Assembly: GCA_964016885.1 (NCBI GenBank)
Contig: OZ024744.1
Location: 47,244,001 to 47,308,000 of the forward strand
Length of the DNA: 64,000 nt
Direction: 5' to 3'
Source: Eledone cirrhosa
Taxonomy: Eukaryota
The notes below the pieces were generated by a model. That model did no database searches, was not told where the DNA came from, and saw only the letters and a program-made list of their open reading frames with translations. Each line of letters starts with the position of its first letter. Position 1 is the first letter of the stretch. The position numbers were made by a program, and so were the translations under genes. Positions 52,601 through 64,000 of the stretch are shown one piece after another.

Positions 52601-55600
52601 TGTCCACTTTACAGTGTGGGCTGGGCGCTTTTTGCAGTGTCTTTCAAACTTCAACTTTACAGTGTGGGCTGGGTGCTTTTTACTGTGTCTTTCACATGTC
52701 CACTTTACAGTGTGGGCTGTGTGCTTGTTGCTGTGTCTTTCTCACGTCCACTTTACAGTGTGGGCTGGGTGCTTTTTGCTGTGTCTTTCACATGTCCACT
52801 TTACAGTGTGGGCTGGGTGCTTTTTTCAGTGTCTTTCTCACGTCCACTTTACAGTGTGGGCTGGGTGCTTTTTGCTGTGTCTTTCACATGTCCACTTTAC
52901 AGTGTGGGCTGGGTGCTTTTTGCTGTGTCTTTCACATGTCCACTTTACAGTGTGGGCTGGGTGCTTTTTGCTGTGTCTTTCACATGTCCACTTTACAGTG
53001 TGGGCTGGGTGCTTTTTGCTGTGTCTTTCACATGTCCACTTTACAATGTGGGCTGGGTGCTTTTTGCTGTGTCTTTCACATGTCCACTTTACAATGTGGG
53101 CTGGGTGCTTTTTGCTGTGTCTTTCACATGTCCACTTTACAGTGTGGGCTGGGTGCTTTTTGCTGTGTCTTTCACATGTCCACTTTACAGTGTGGGCTGG
53201 GTGCTTTTTGCTTTGTCTTTCACATGTCCACTTTACAGTGTGGGCTGGGTACATTTTGCTGTGTCTTTCACATGTCCACTTTACAGTGTGGGCTGGGTGC
53301 TTTTTGCTGTGTCTTTCACATGTCCACTTTACAGTGTGGGATGTGTGCTTTTTGCAGTGTCTTTCACACGTCAACTTTACAGTGTGGTCTGGGTGCTTTT
53401 TGCTGTGTCTTTCACATGTCTATTTCACAGTGTGGGCTGTGTGCTTTTTGCTGTGTCTTTCACATGTCCACTTTACAGTGTGGGCTGGGTGCTTTTTGCT
53501 GTGTCTTTCATATGTCCACTTTACAGTGTGGGCTGGGTGCTTTTTTCAGTGTCTTTCACATGTCCACTTCACGGTGTGGGCGGGGTAATTTTTGCTGTGT
53601 CTTTCACATGTCCACTTTACAATGTGGGCTGGGTGCTTTTTGCTGTATCTTTCAAATGTCCACTTTACAATGTGGGCTGGGTGCTTTTTGCTGTGTCTTT
53701 CACATGTCCACTTTACAGTGTGGGCTGGATGCTTCTTGCAGTGTTTTTAACACGTCCACTTTACATTGTGGGCTGGGTGCTTGTTGCTGTGTCTTTCTCA
53801 CGTCCACTTTACAGTGTGGGCTGGGTGCTTTTTGCTGTGTCTTTCACATGTCCACTTTACAGTGTGGGCTGGGTGCTTTTTTCAGTGTCTTTCACATGTC
53901 CACTTTACAGTGTGGGCTGGGCGCTTTTTGCAGTGTCTTTCAAACTTCAACTTTACAGTGTGGGCTGGGTGCTTTTTACTGTGTCTTTCACATGTCCACT
54001 TTACAGTGTGGGCTGTGTGCTTGTTGCTGTGTCTTTCTCACGTCCACTTTACAGTGTGGGCTGGGTGCTTTTTGCTGTGTCTTTCACATGTCCACTTTAC
54101 AGTGTGGGCTGGGTGCTTTTTTCAGTGTCTTTCACACGTTCACTTTACAGTGTGGGCTGGGTGCTTTTTGTTGTATCTTTCTCACGTCCACTTTACAGTG
54201 TGGGCTGGGTGCTTTTTGCTGTGTCTTTCACATGTCCACTTTACAGTGTGGGCTGGGTGCTTTTTGCTGTGTCTTTCACATGTCCACTTTACAGTGTGGG
54301 CTGGGTGCTTTTTGCTGTGTCTTTCACATGTCCACTTCACAGTGTGGGCTGGGTGCTTTTTGCTGTGTCTTTCACATGTCCACTTTACAGTGTGGGCTGG
54401 GTGCTTTTTGCTGTGTCTTTCATATGTCCACTTTACAGTGTGGGCTGGGTGCTTTTTGCTGTGTCTTTCACATGTCCACTTTACAGTGTGGGCTGGGTGC
54501 TTTTTGCTGTGTCTTTCACATGTCCACTTTACAATGTGGGCTGGGTGCTTTTTGCTGTGTCTTTCACATGTCCACTTTACAATGTGGGCTGGGTGCTTTT
54601 TGCTGTGTTTTTCACATGTCCACTTTACAGTGTGGGCTGGGTGCTTTTCGCTGTGTCTTTCACATGTCCACTTTACAGTGTGGGCTGCGTGCTTTTTGCT
54701 GTGTCTTTCACATGTCCACTTTACAGTGTGGGGTGGGTGCTTTTTGCAGTGTCTTTCACACGTCCACTTTACAGTGTGGGCTGGGTGCTTTTTGCTGTGT
54801 CTTTCACATGTCCACTTTACAGTGTGGGCTGTGTGCTTTTTGCAGTGTCTTTCACACGTCAACTTTACAGTGTGGCCTGGGTGCTTTTTGCTGTGTCTTT
54901 CACATGTCTATTTCACAGTGTGGGCTGGGTGCTTTTTGCTGTGTCTTTCACATGTCCACTTTACAGTGTGGGCTGGGTGCTTTTTGCTGTGTCTTTCATA
55001 TGTCCACTTTACAGTGTGGGCTGGGTGCTTTTTTCAGTGTCTTTCACATGTCCACTTCACGGTGTGGGCGGGGTGATTTTTGCTGTGTCTTTCACATGTC
55101 CACTTTACAGTGTGGGCTGGGTGCTTTTTGCTTTGTCTTTCACATGTCCACTTTACAGTGTGGGCTGGGTACTTTTTGCTGTGTCTTTCACATGTCCACT
55201 TTACAGTGTGGGCTGGGTGCTTTTTGCTGTGTCTTTCACATGTCCACTTTACAGTGTGGGCTGTGTGCTTTTTGCAGTGTCTTTCACACGTCAACTTTAC
55301 AGTGTGGGCTGGGTGCTTTTTGCTGTGTCTTTCACATGTCTATTTCACAGTGTGGGCTGTGTGCTTTTTGCTGTGTCTTTCACATGTCCACTTTACAGTG
55401 TGGGCTGGGTGCTTTTTGCTGTGTCTTTCATATGTCCACTTTACAGTGTGGGCTGGGTGCTTTTTTCAGTGTCTTTCACATGTCCACTTCACGGTGTGGG
55501 CGGGGTAATTTTTGCTGTGTCTTTCACATGTCCACTTTACAATGTGGGCTGGGTGCTTTTTGCTGTATCTTTCAAATGTCCACTTTACAATGTGGGCTGG

Positions 55601-57020
55601 GTGCTTTTTGCTGTGTCTTTCACATGTCCACTTTACAGTGTGGGCTGGATGCTTCTTGCAGTGTCTTTAACACGTCCACTTTACATTGTGGGCTGGGTGC
55701 TTGTTGCTGTGTCTTTCTCACGTCCACTTTACAGTGTGGGCTGGGTGCTTTTTGCTGTGTCTTTCACATGTCCACTTTACAGTGTGGGCTGGGTGCTTTT
55801 TTCAGTGTCTTTCACATGTCCACTTTACAGTGTGGGCTGGGCGCTTTTTGCAGTGTCTTTCAAACTTCAACTTTACAGTGTGGGCTGGGTGCTTTTTACT
55901 GTGTCTTTCACATGTCCACTTTACAGTGTGGGCTGTGTGCTTGTTGCTGTGTCTTTCTCACGTCCACTTTACAGTGTGGGCTGGGTGCTTTTTGCTGTGT
56001 CTTTCACATGTCCACTTTACAGTGTGGGCTGGGTGCTTTTTTCAGTGTCTTTCACACGTCCACTTTACAGTGTGGGCTGGGTGCTTTTTGTTGTATCTTT
56101 CTCACGTCCACTTTACAGTGTGGGCTGGGTGCTTTTTGCTGTGTCTTTCACATGTCCACTTTACAGTGTGGGCTGGGTGCTTTTTGCTGTGTCTTTCACA
56201 TGTCCACTTTACAGTGTGGGCTGGGTGCTTTTTGCTGTGTCTTTCACATGTCCACTTCACAGTGTGGGCTGGGTGCTTTTTGCTGTGTCTTTCACATGTC
56301 CACTTTACAGTGTGGGCTGGGTGCTTTTTGCTGTGTCTTTCATATGTCCACTTTACAGTGTGGGCTGGGTGCTTTTTGCTGTGTCTTTCACATGTCCACT
56401 TTACAGTGTGGGCTGGGTGCTTTTTGCTGTGTCTTTCACATGTCCACTTTACAATGTGGGCTGGGTGCTTTTTGCTGTGTCTTTCACATGTCCACTTTAC
56501 AATGTGGGCTGGGTGCTTTTTGCTGTGTTTTTCACATGTCCACTTTACAGTGTGGGCTGGGTGCTTTTCGCTGTGTCTTTCACATGTCCACTTTACAGTG
56601 TGGGCTGGGTGCTTTTTGCTGTGTCTTTCACATGTCCACTTTACAGTGTGGGGTGGGTGCTTTTTGCAGTGTCTTTCACACGTCCACTTTACAGTGTGGG
56701 CTGGGTGCTTTTTGCTGTGTCTTTCACATGTCCACTTTACAGTGTGGGCTGTGTGCTTTTTGCAGTGTCTTTCACACGTCAACTTTACAGTGTGGCCTGG
56801 GTGCTTTTTGCTGTGTCTTTCACATGTCTATTTCACAGTGTGGGCTGGGTGCTTTTTGCTGTGTCTTTCACATGTCCACTTTACAGTGTGGGCTGGGTGC
56901 TTTTTGCTGTGTCTTTCATATGTCCACTTTACAGTGTGGGCTGGGTGCTTTTTTCAGTGTCTTTCACATGTCCACTTCACGGTGTGGGCGGGGTGATTTT
57001 TGCTGTGTCTTTCACATGTC
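49700..57020. repeat. Nested tandem duplications with periods 3216 bp (67 monomers) and 1920 bp (40 monomers)
   Basis: ORF starts 50550, 52470, 53766 and 55686 are spaced 1920, 1296 and 1920; pairs 50966/54182 and 51864/55080 differ by 3216. Shared markers include TTTAACACG, GGGATGTG, GCTTTGTC and GGCGGGGTAA. Confidence 0.9.
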
Positions 57021-60000
57021 CACTTTACAATGTGGGCTGGGTGCTTTTTGCTGTATCTTTCAAATGTCCACTTTACAATGTGGGCTGGGTGCTTTTTGCT
57101 GTGTCTTTCACATGTCCACTTTACTGTGTGGGCTGGGCGCTTTTTGCAGTGTCTTTCAAACGTCAACTTTACAGTGTGGGCTGGGTGCTTTTTACTGTGT
57201 CTTTCACATGTCCACTTTACAGTGTGGGCTGGGTGCTTTTTGCTGTGTCTTTCACATGTCCACTTCACAGTGTGGGCTGGGTGCTTTTTGCTGTGTCTTT
57301 CACATGTCCACTTTACAGTGTGGGCTGGGTGCTTTTTGCTGTGTCTTTCACATGTCCACTTTACAGTGTGGGCTGTGTGCTTTTTGCTGTGTCTTTCACA
57401 TGTCCACTTTACAGTGTGGGCTGGGTGCTTTTTGCTGTGTCTTTCACATGTCCACTTTACAGTGTGGGCTGGGTGCTTTTTGCTGTGTCTTTCACATGTC
57501 CACTTTACAGTGTGGGCTGGGTCCTTTTTGCTGTGTCTTTCACATGTCCATCTTACAATGTGAGCTGGGTGCTTTTTGCTGTGTCTTTCACATGTCCACT
57601 TTACAGTGTGGGCTGGGTGCTTGTTGCTGTGTCTTTCTCACGTCCACTTTACAGTGTGGGCTGGGTGCTTTTTGCTGTGTCTTTCACATGTCCACTTTAC
57701 AGTGCGGGCTAGGTGCTTTTTTAAGTGTCTTTCACACGTCCACTTTACATTGTGGGCTGGGTGCTTGTTGCTGTGTCTTTCTCACGTCCACCTTACAGTG
57801 TGGGCTGGGTGCTTTTTGCTGTGTCTTTCACATGTCCACGTTACAGTGTGGACTGGGTGCTTTTTTCAGTGTCTTTCACATGTCCACTTTACAGTGAGGG
57901 CTGGGCGCTTTTTGCAGTGTCTTTCAAACGTCAACTTTACAGTGTGGGCTGGGTGCTTTTTACTGTGTCTTTCACATGTCCACTTTACAGTGTGGGCTGG
58001 GTGCTTTTTGCTGTGTCTTTCACATGTCCACTTTTCAGTGTGGGCTGGGTGCTTGTTGCTGTGTCTTTCTCACGTCCACTTTACAGTGTGGGCTGGGTGC
58101 TTTTTGCTGTGTCTTTCACATGTCCACTTTACAGTGTGGGCTAGGTGCTTTTTTCAGTGTCTTTCACACGTCCACTTTACATTGTGGGCTGGGTGCTTGT
58201 TGCTGTGTCTTTCTCACGTCCACTTTACAGTGCGGGCTGGGTGCTTTTTGCTGTGTCTTTCACATGTCCACTTTACAGTGTGGGCTGGGTGCTTTTTTCA
58301 GTTTCTTTCACATGTCCACTTTACAGTGTGGGCTGGGCGCTTTTTGCAGTGTCTTTCAAACGTCAACTTTACAGTGTGGGCTGGGTGCTTTTTACTGTGT
58401 CTTTCACATGTCCACTTTACAGTGTGGGCTGTGTGCTTGTTGCTGTGTCTTTCTCCCGTTCACTTTACAGTGTGGGCTGGGTGCTTGTTGCTGTGTCTTT
58501 CACATGTCCACTTTACAGTGTGGGCTGGGTGCTTTTTTCAGTGTCTTTCACACGTCCACTTTACAGTGTGGGCTGGGTGCTTGTTGCTGTGTCTTTCTCA
58601 CGTCCACTTTACAGTGTGGGCTGGGTGCTTTTTGCTGTGTCTTTCACATGTCCACTTTACAGTGTGGGCTGGGTGCTTTTTTCAGTGTCTTTCACATGTC
58701 CACTTTACAGTGTGGGCTGGGTACTTTTTGCTGTGTCTTTCACATGTCCACTTTACAGTGTGGGCTGGGTGCTTTTTGCTGTGTCTTTCACATGTCCACT
58801 TTACAGTGTGGGCTGTGTGCTTTTTGCAGTGTCTTTCACACGTCAACTTTACAGTGTGGGCTGGGTGCTTTTTGCTGTGTCTTTCACATGTCTATTTCAC
58901 AGTGTGGGCTGTGTGCTTTTTGCTGTGTCTTTCACATGTCCACTTTACAGTGTGGGCTGGGTGCTTTTTGCTGTGTCTTTCATATGTCCACTTTACAGTG
59001 TGGGCTGGGTGCTTTTTTCAGTGTCTTTCACATGTCCACTTCACGGTGTGGGCGGGGTAATTTTTGCTGTGTCTTTCACATGTCCACTTTACAATGTGGG
59101 CTGGGTGCTTTTTGCTGTATCTTTCAAATGTCCACTTTACAATGTGGGCTGGGTGCTTTTTGCTGTGTCTTTCACATGTCCACTTTACAGTGTGGGCTGG
59201 ATGCTTCTTGCAGTGTCTTTAACACGTCCACTTTACATTGTGGGCTGGGTGCTTGTTGCTGTGTCTTTCTCACGTCCACTTTACAGTGTGGGCTGGGTGC
59301 TTTTTGCTGTGTCTTTCACATGTCCACTTTACAGTGTGGGCTGGGTGCTTTTTTCAGTGTCTTTCACATGTCCACTTTACAGTGTGGGCTGGGCGCTTTT
59401 TGCAGTGTCTTTCAAACTTCAACTTTACAGTGTGGGCTGGGTGCTTTTTACTGTGTCTTTCACATGTCCACTTTACAGTGTGGGCTGTGTGCTTGTTGCT
59501 GTGTCTTTCTCACGTCCACTTTACAGTGTGGGCTGGGTGCTTTTTGCTGTGTCTTTCACATGTCCACTTTACAGTGTGGGCTGGGTGCTTTTTTCAGTGT
59601 CTTTCACACGTCCACTTTACAGTGTGGGCTGGGTGCTTTTTGTTGTATCTTTCTCACGTCCACTTTACAGTGTGGGCTGGGTGCTTTTTGCTGTGTCTTT
59701 CACATGTCCACTTTACAGTGTGGGCTGGGTGCTTTTTGCTGTGTCTTTCACATGTCCACTTTACAGTGTGGGCTGGGTGCTTTTTGCTGTGTCTTTCACA
59801 TGTCCACTTCACAGTGTGGGCTGGGTGCTTTTTGCTGTGTCTTTCACATGTCCACTTTACAGTGTGGGCTGGGTGCTTTTTGCTGTGTCTTTCATATGTC
59901 CACTTTACAGTGTGGGCTGGGTGCTTTTTGCTGTGTCTTTCACATGTCCACTTTACAGTGTGGGCTGGGTGCTTTTTGCTGTGTCTTTCACATGTCCACT

Positions 60001-63000
60001 TTACAATGTGGGCTGGGTGCTTTTTGCTGTGTCTTTCACATGTCCACTTTACAATGTGGGCTGGGTGCTTTTTGCTGTGTTTTTCACATGTCCACTTTAC
60101 AGTGTGGGCTGGGTGCTTTTCGCTGTGTCTTTCACATGTCCACTTTACAGTGTGGGCTGGGTGCTTTTTGCTGTGTCTTTCACATGTCCACTTTACAGTG
60201 TGGGGTGGGTGCTTTTTGCAGTGTCTTTCACACGTCCACTTTACAGTGTGGGCTGGGTGCTTTTTGCTGTGTCTTTCACATGTCCACTTTACAGTGTGGG
60301 CTGTGTGCTTTTTGCAGTGTCTTTCACACGTCAACTTTACAGTGTGGCCTGGGTGCTTTTTGCTGTGTCTTTCACATGTCTATTTCACAGTGTGGGCTGG
60401 GTGCTTTTTGCTGTGTCTTTCACATGTCCACTTTACAGTGTGGGCTGGGTGCTTTTTGCTGTGTCTTTCATATGTCCACTTTACAGTGTGGGCTGGGTGC
60501 TTTTTTCAGTGTCTTTCACATGTCCACTTCACGGTGTGGGCGGGGTGATTTTTGCTGTGTCTTTCACATGTCCACTTTACAATGTGGGCTGGGTGCTTTT
60601 TGCTGTATCTTTCAAATGTCCACTTTACAATGTGGGCTGGGTGCTTTTTGCTGTGTCTTTCACATGTCCACTTTACTGTGTGGGCTGGGCGCTTTTTGCA
60701 GTGTCTTTCAAACGTCAACTTTACAGTGTGGGCTGGGTGCTTTTTACTGTGTCTTTCACATGTCCACTTTACAGTGTGGGCTGGGTGCTTTTTGCTGTGT
60801 CTTTCACATGTCAACTTCACAGTGTGGGCTGGGTGCTTTTTGCTGTGTCTTTCACATGTCCACTTTACAGTGTGGGCTGGGTGCTTTTTGCTGTGTCTTT
60901 CACATGTCCACTTTACAGTGTGGGCTGTGTGCTTTTTGCTGTGTCTTTCACATGTCCACTTTACAGTGTGGGCTGGGTGCTTTTTGCTGTGTCTTTCACA
61001 TGTCCACTTTACAGTGTGGGCTGGGTGCTTTTTGCTGTGTCTTTCACATGTCCACTTTACAGTGTGGGCTGGGTCCTTTTTGCTGTGTCTTTCACATGTC
61101 CATCTTACAATGTGAGCTGGGTGCTTTTTGCTGTGTCTTTCACATGTCCACTTTACAGTGTGGGCTGGGTGCTTGTTGCTGTGTCTTTCTCACGTCCACT
61201 TTACAGTGTGGGCTGGGTGCTTTTTGCTGTGTCTTTCACATGTCCACGTTACAGTGTGGACTGGGTGCTTTTTTCAGTGTCTTTCACATGTCCACTTTAC
61301 AGTGAGGGCTGGGCGCTTTTTGCAGTGTCTTTCAAACGTCAACTTTACAGTGTGGGCTGGGTGCTTTTTACTGTGTCTTTCACATGTCCACTTTACAGTG
61401 TGGGCTGGGTGCTTTTTGCTGTGTCTTTCACATGTCCACTTTTCAGTGTGGGCTGGGTGCTTGTTGCTGTGTCTTTCTCACGTCCACTTTACAGTGTGGG
61501 CTGGGTGCTTTTTGCTGTGTCTTTCACATGTCCACTTTACAGTGTGGGCTAGGTGCTTTTTTCAGTGTCTTTCACACGTCCACTTTACATTGTGGGCTGG
61601 GTGCTTGTTGCTGTGTCTTTCTCACGTCCACTTTACAGTGCGGGCTGGGTGCTTTTTGCTGTGTCTTTCACATGTCCACTTTACAGTGTGGGCTGGGTGC
61701 TTTTTTCAGTTTCTTTCACATGTCCACTTTACAGTGTGGGCTGGGCGCTTTTTGCAGTGTCTTTCAAACGTCAACTTTACAGTGTGGGCTGGGTGCTTTT
61801 TACTGTGTCTTTCACATGTCCACTTTACAGTGTGGGCTGTGTGCTTGTTGCTGTGTCTTTCTCCCGTTCACTTTACAGTGTGGGCTGGGTGCTTGTTGCT
61901 GTGTCTTTCACATGTCCACTTTACAGTGTGGGCTGGGTGCTTTTTTCAGTGTCTTTCACACGTCCACTTTACAGTGTGGGCTGGGTGCTTGTTGCTGTGT
62001 CTTTCTCACGTCCACTTTACAGTGTGGGCTGGGTGCTTTTTGCTGTGTCTTTCACATGTCCACTTTACAGTGTGGGCTGGGTGCTTTTTTCAGTGTCTTT
62101 CACATGTCCACTTTACAGTGTGGGCTGGGTGCTTTTTGCTGTGTCTTTCACATGTCCACTTTACAATGTGGGCTGTGTGCTTTTTGCTGTGTCTTTCACA
62201 TGTCCACTTTACAATGTGGGCTGGGTGCTTTTTGCTGTGTCTTTCACATGTCCACTTTACAGTGTGGGCTGGGTGCTTTTTGCTGTGTCTTTCACATGTC
62301 CACTTCACAGTGTGGGCTGGGTGCTTTTTGCTGTGTCTTTCACATGTCCACTTTACAGTGTGGGCTGGGTGCTTTTTCCTGTGTCTTTCACATGTCCACT
62401 TTACAGTGTGGGCTGTGTGCTTTTTGCTGTGTCTTTCACATGTCCACTTTACAGTGTGGGCTGGGTGCTTTTTGCTGTGTCTTTCACATGTCCACTTTAC
62501 AATGTGGGCTGGGTGCTTTTTGCTGTGTCTTTCACATGTCCACTTTACAGTGTGGGCTGGGTGCTTTTTGCTGTGTCTTTCACATGTCCACTTCACAGTG
62601 TGGGCTGGGTGCTTTTTGCTGTGTCTTTCACATGTCCACTTTACAGTGTGGGCTGGGTGCTTTTTGCTGTGTCTTTCATATGTCCACTTTACAGTGTGGG
62701 CTGGGTGCTTTTTGCTGTGTCTTTCACATGTCCACTTTACAGTGTGGGCTGGGTGCTTTTTGCTGTGTCTTTCACATGTCCACTTTACAATGTGGGCTGG
62801 GTGCTTTTTGCTGTGTCTTTCACATGTCCACTTTACAATGTGGGCTGGGTGCTTTTTGCTGTGTTTTTCACATGTCCACTTTACAGTGTGGGCTGGGTGC
62901 TTTTCGCTGTGTCTTTCACATGTCCACTTTACAGTGTGGGCTGGGTGCTTTTTGCTGTGTCTTTCACATGTCCACTTTACAGTGTGGGGTGGGTGCTTTT

Positions 63001-64000
63001 TGCAGTGTCTTTCACACGTCCACTTTACAGTGTGGGCTGGGTGCTTTTTGCTGTGTCTTTCACATGTCCACTTTACAGTGTGGGCTGTGTGCTTTTTGCA
63101 GTGTCTTTCACACGTCAACTTTACAGTGTGGCCTGGGTGCTTTTTGCTGTGTCTTTCACATGTCTATTTCACAGTGTGGGCTGGGTGCTTTTTGCTGTGT
63201 CTTTCACATGTCCACTTTACAGTGTGGGCTGGGTGCTTTTTGCTGTGTCTTTCATATGTCCACTTTACAGTGTGGGCTGGGTGCTTTTTTCAGTGTCTTT
63301 CACATGTCCACTTCACGGTGTGGGCGGGGTGATTTTTGCTGTGTCTTTCACATGTCCACTTTACAATGTGGGCTGGGTGCTTTTTGCTGTATCTTTCAAA
63401 TGTCCACTTTACAATGTGGGCTGGGTGCTTTTTGCTGTGTCTTTCACATGTCCACTTTACTGTGTGGGCTGGGCGCTTTTTGCAGTGTCTTTCAAACGTC
63501 AACTTTACAGTGTGGGCTGGGTGCTTTTTACTGTGTCTTTCACATGTCCACTTTACAGTGTGGGCTGGGTGCTTTTTGCTGTGTCTTTCACATGTCCACT
63601 TCACAGTGTGGGCTGGGTGCTTTTTGCTGTGTCTTTCACATGTCCACTTTACAGTGTGGGCTGGGTGCTTTTTGCTGTGTCTTTCACATGTCCACTTTAC
63701 AGTGTGGGCTGTGTGCTTTTTGCTGTGTCTTTCACATGTCCACTTTACAGTGTGGGCTGGGTGCTTTTTGCTGTGTCTTTCACATGTCCACTTTACAGTG
63801 TGGGCTGGGTGCTTTTTGCTGTGTCTTTCACATGTCCACTTTACAGTGTGGGCTGGGTCCTTTTTGCTGTGTCTTTCACATGTCCATCTTACAATGTGAG
63901 CTGGGTGCTTTTTGCTGTGTCTTTCACATGTCCACTTTACAGTGTGGGCTGGGTGCTTGTTGCTGTGTCTTTCTCACGTCCACTTTACAGTGTGGGCTGG
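55150..64000. repeat. Mosaic of block duplications with offsets 3552 (74 monomers), 3408 (71) and 2784 (58) bp
   Basis: ORF pairs 55686/59238 and 57000/60552 (3552), TAG stops at 58142/61550 (3408), and ORF pair 60552/63336 (2784). The private marker TTACTGTG occurs at about 57121, 60673 and 63457; CCACGTTAC occurs at about 57836 and 61244. Confidence 0.88.

Larger units (their letters stand above)
1..64000. repeat. 48-bp tandem satellite array, about 1333 head-to-tail monomers in one orientation, extending beyond both window ends
   Basis: Every line is a phase of CTTTACAGTGTGGGCTGGGTGCTTTTTGCTGTGTCTTTCACATGTCCA with zero to a few substitutions per copy. Monomer starts at 1, 50 ... 63983 fit 1333 x 48 with a net -2 bp, which matches the sum of the 16 indels I located. 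All ORF translations have a 16-aa period. Confidence 0.99.

Noticed and set aside
62090-63118. His/Lys/Cys-rich minus-strand repeat (WTCERHSKKHPAHTVK) as a zinc-finger or metal-binding protein
   Set aside because: It lacks C2H2 spacing or a TGEKP linker, and the frame is broken frequently by the common TTTTCA and TCTCAC variants (TGA on minus).
1-64000. All listed ORFs as real protein-coding genes
   Set aside because: They overlap in up to four frames, consist only of the 16-aa translation of the monomer, have no unique N- or C-terminal domain, and change frame at indels. Every frame acquires stops from recurrent variants.
1-64000. CRISPR array or other repeat-spacer system
   Set aside because: Monomers abut directly with no unique spacers. 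Variation is scattered point substitution, and no cas or other gene is present.
1-64000. Minus-strand mucin-like frame SGHVKDTAKSTQPTL* read through under an alternative genetic code (TAA=Gln)
   Set aside because: Some common variants are synonymous in this frame, but many are not. TGA arises repeatedly (from CTTCACAG and GTCAACT), frameshifts are present, and nothing else indicates a recoded genome.
1-64000. Embedded transposon, tRNA/SINE, rRNA, inversion or unique island
   Set aside because: Reading through the window I found no departure from the 48-bp phase larger than 3 bp and no reverse-complement monomers.

Overview
The whole 64 kb window is one uninterrupted, head-to-tail, single-orientation tandem array (satellite DNA) of a 48-bp monomer. 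The consensus is CTTTACAGTGTGGGCTGGGTGCTTTTTGCTGTGTCTTTCACATGTCCA (10 C, 13 G, 5 A, 20 T; about 48% GC; no CpG). Phase counting gives 1333 complete monomers plus an 18-bp partial one, and the array runs off both ends. I see no unique sequence, gene, RNA gene, transposon, CRISPR spacer or inversion. The many huge ORFs (up to 5001 aa) are best explained as an arithmetic by-product: 48 is divisible by 3 and four of the six frames of the consensus lack a stop. The real information is in the variant monomers, which record a nested history: linked monomer types, a 3-monomer (144 bp) sub-period, a 13-monomer (624 bp) higher-order repeat, recent 1.1-4.5 kb block duplications, an older duplication of about 18 kb, and two subfamily domains meeting at about 27.7-32 kb. 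More speculative motif-level observations are reported with low confidence (an RSS-like heptamer/spacer/nonamer layout, a CpG-decay hotspot, a GC-box-creating variant monomer, an E-box/p53-like half-site). I cannot identify the organism or a named satellite family, and I cannot support a new protein-coding system from this sequence.
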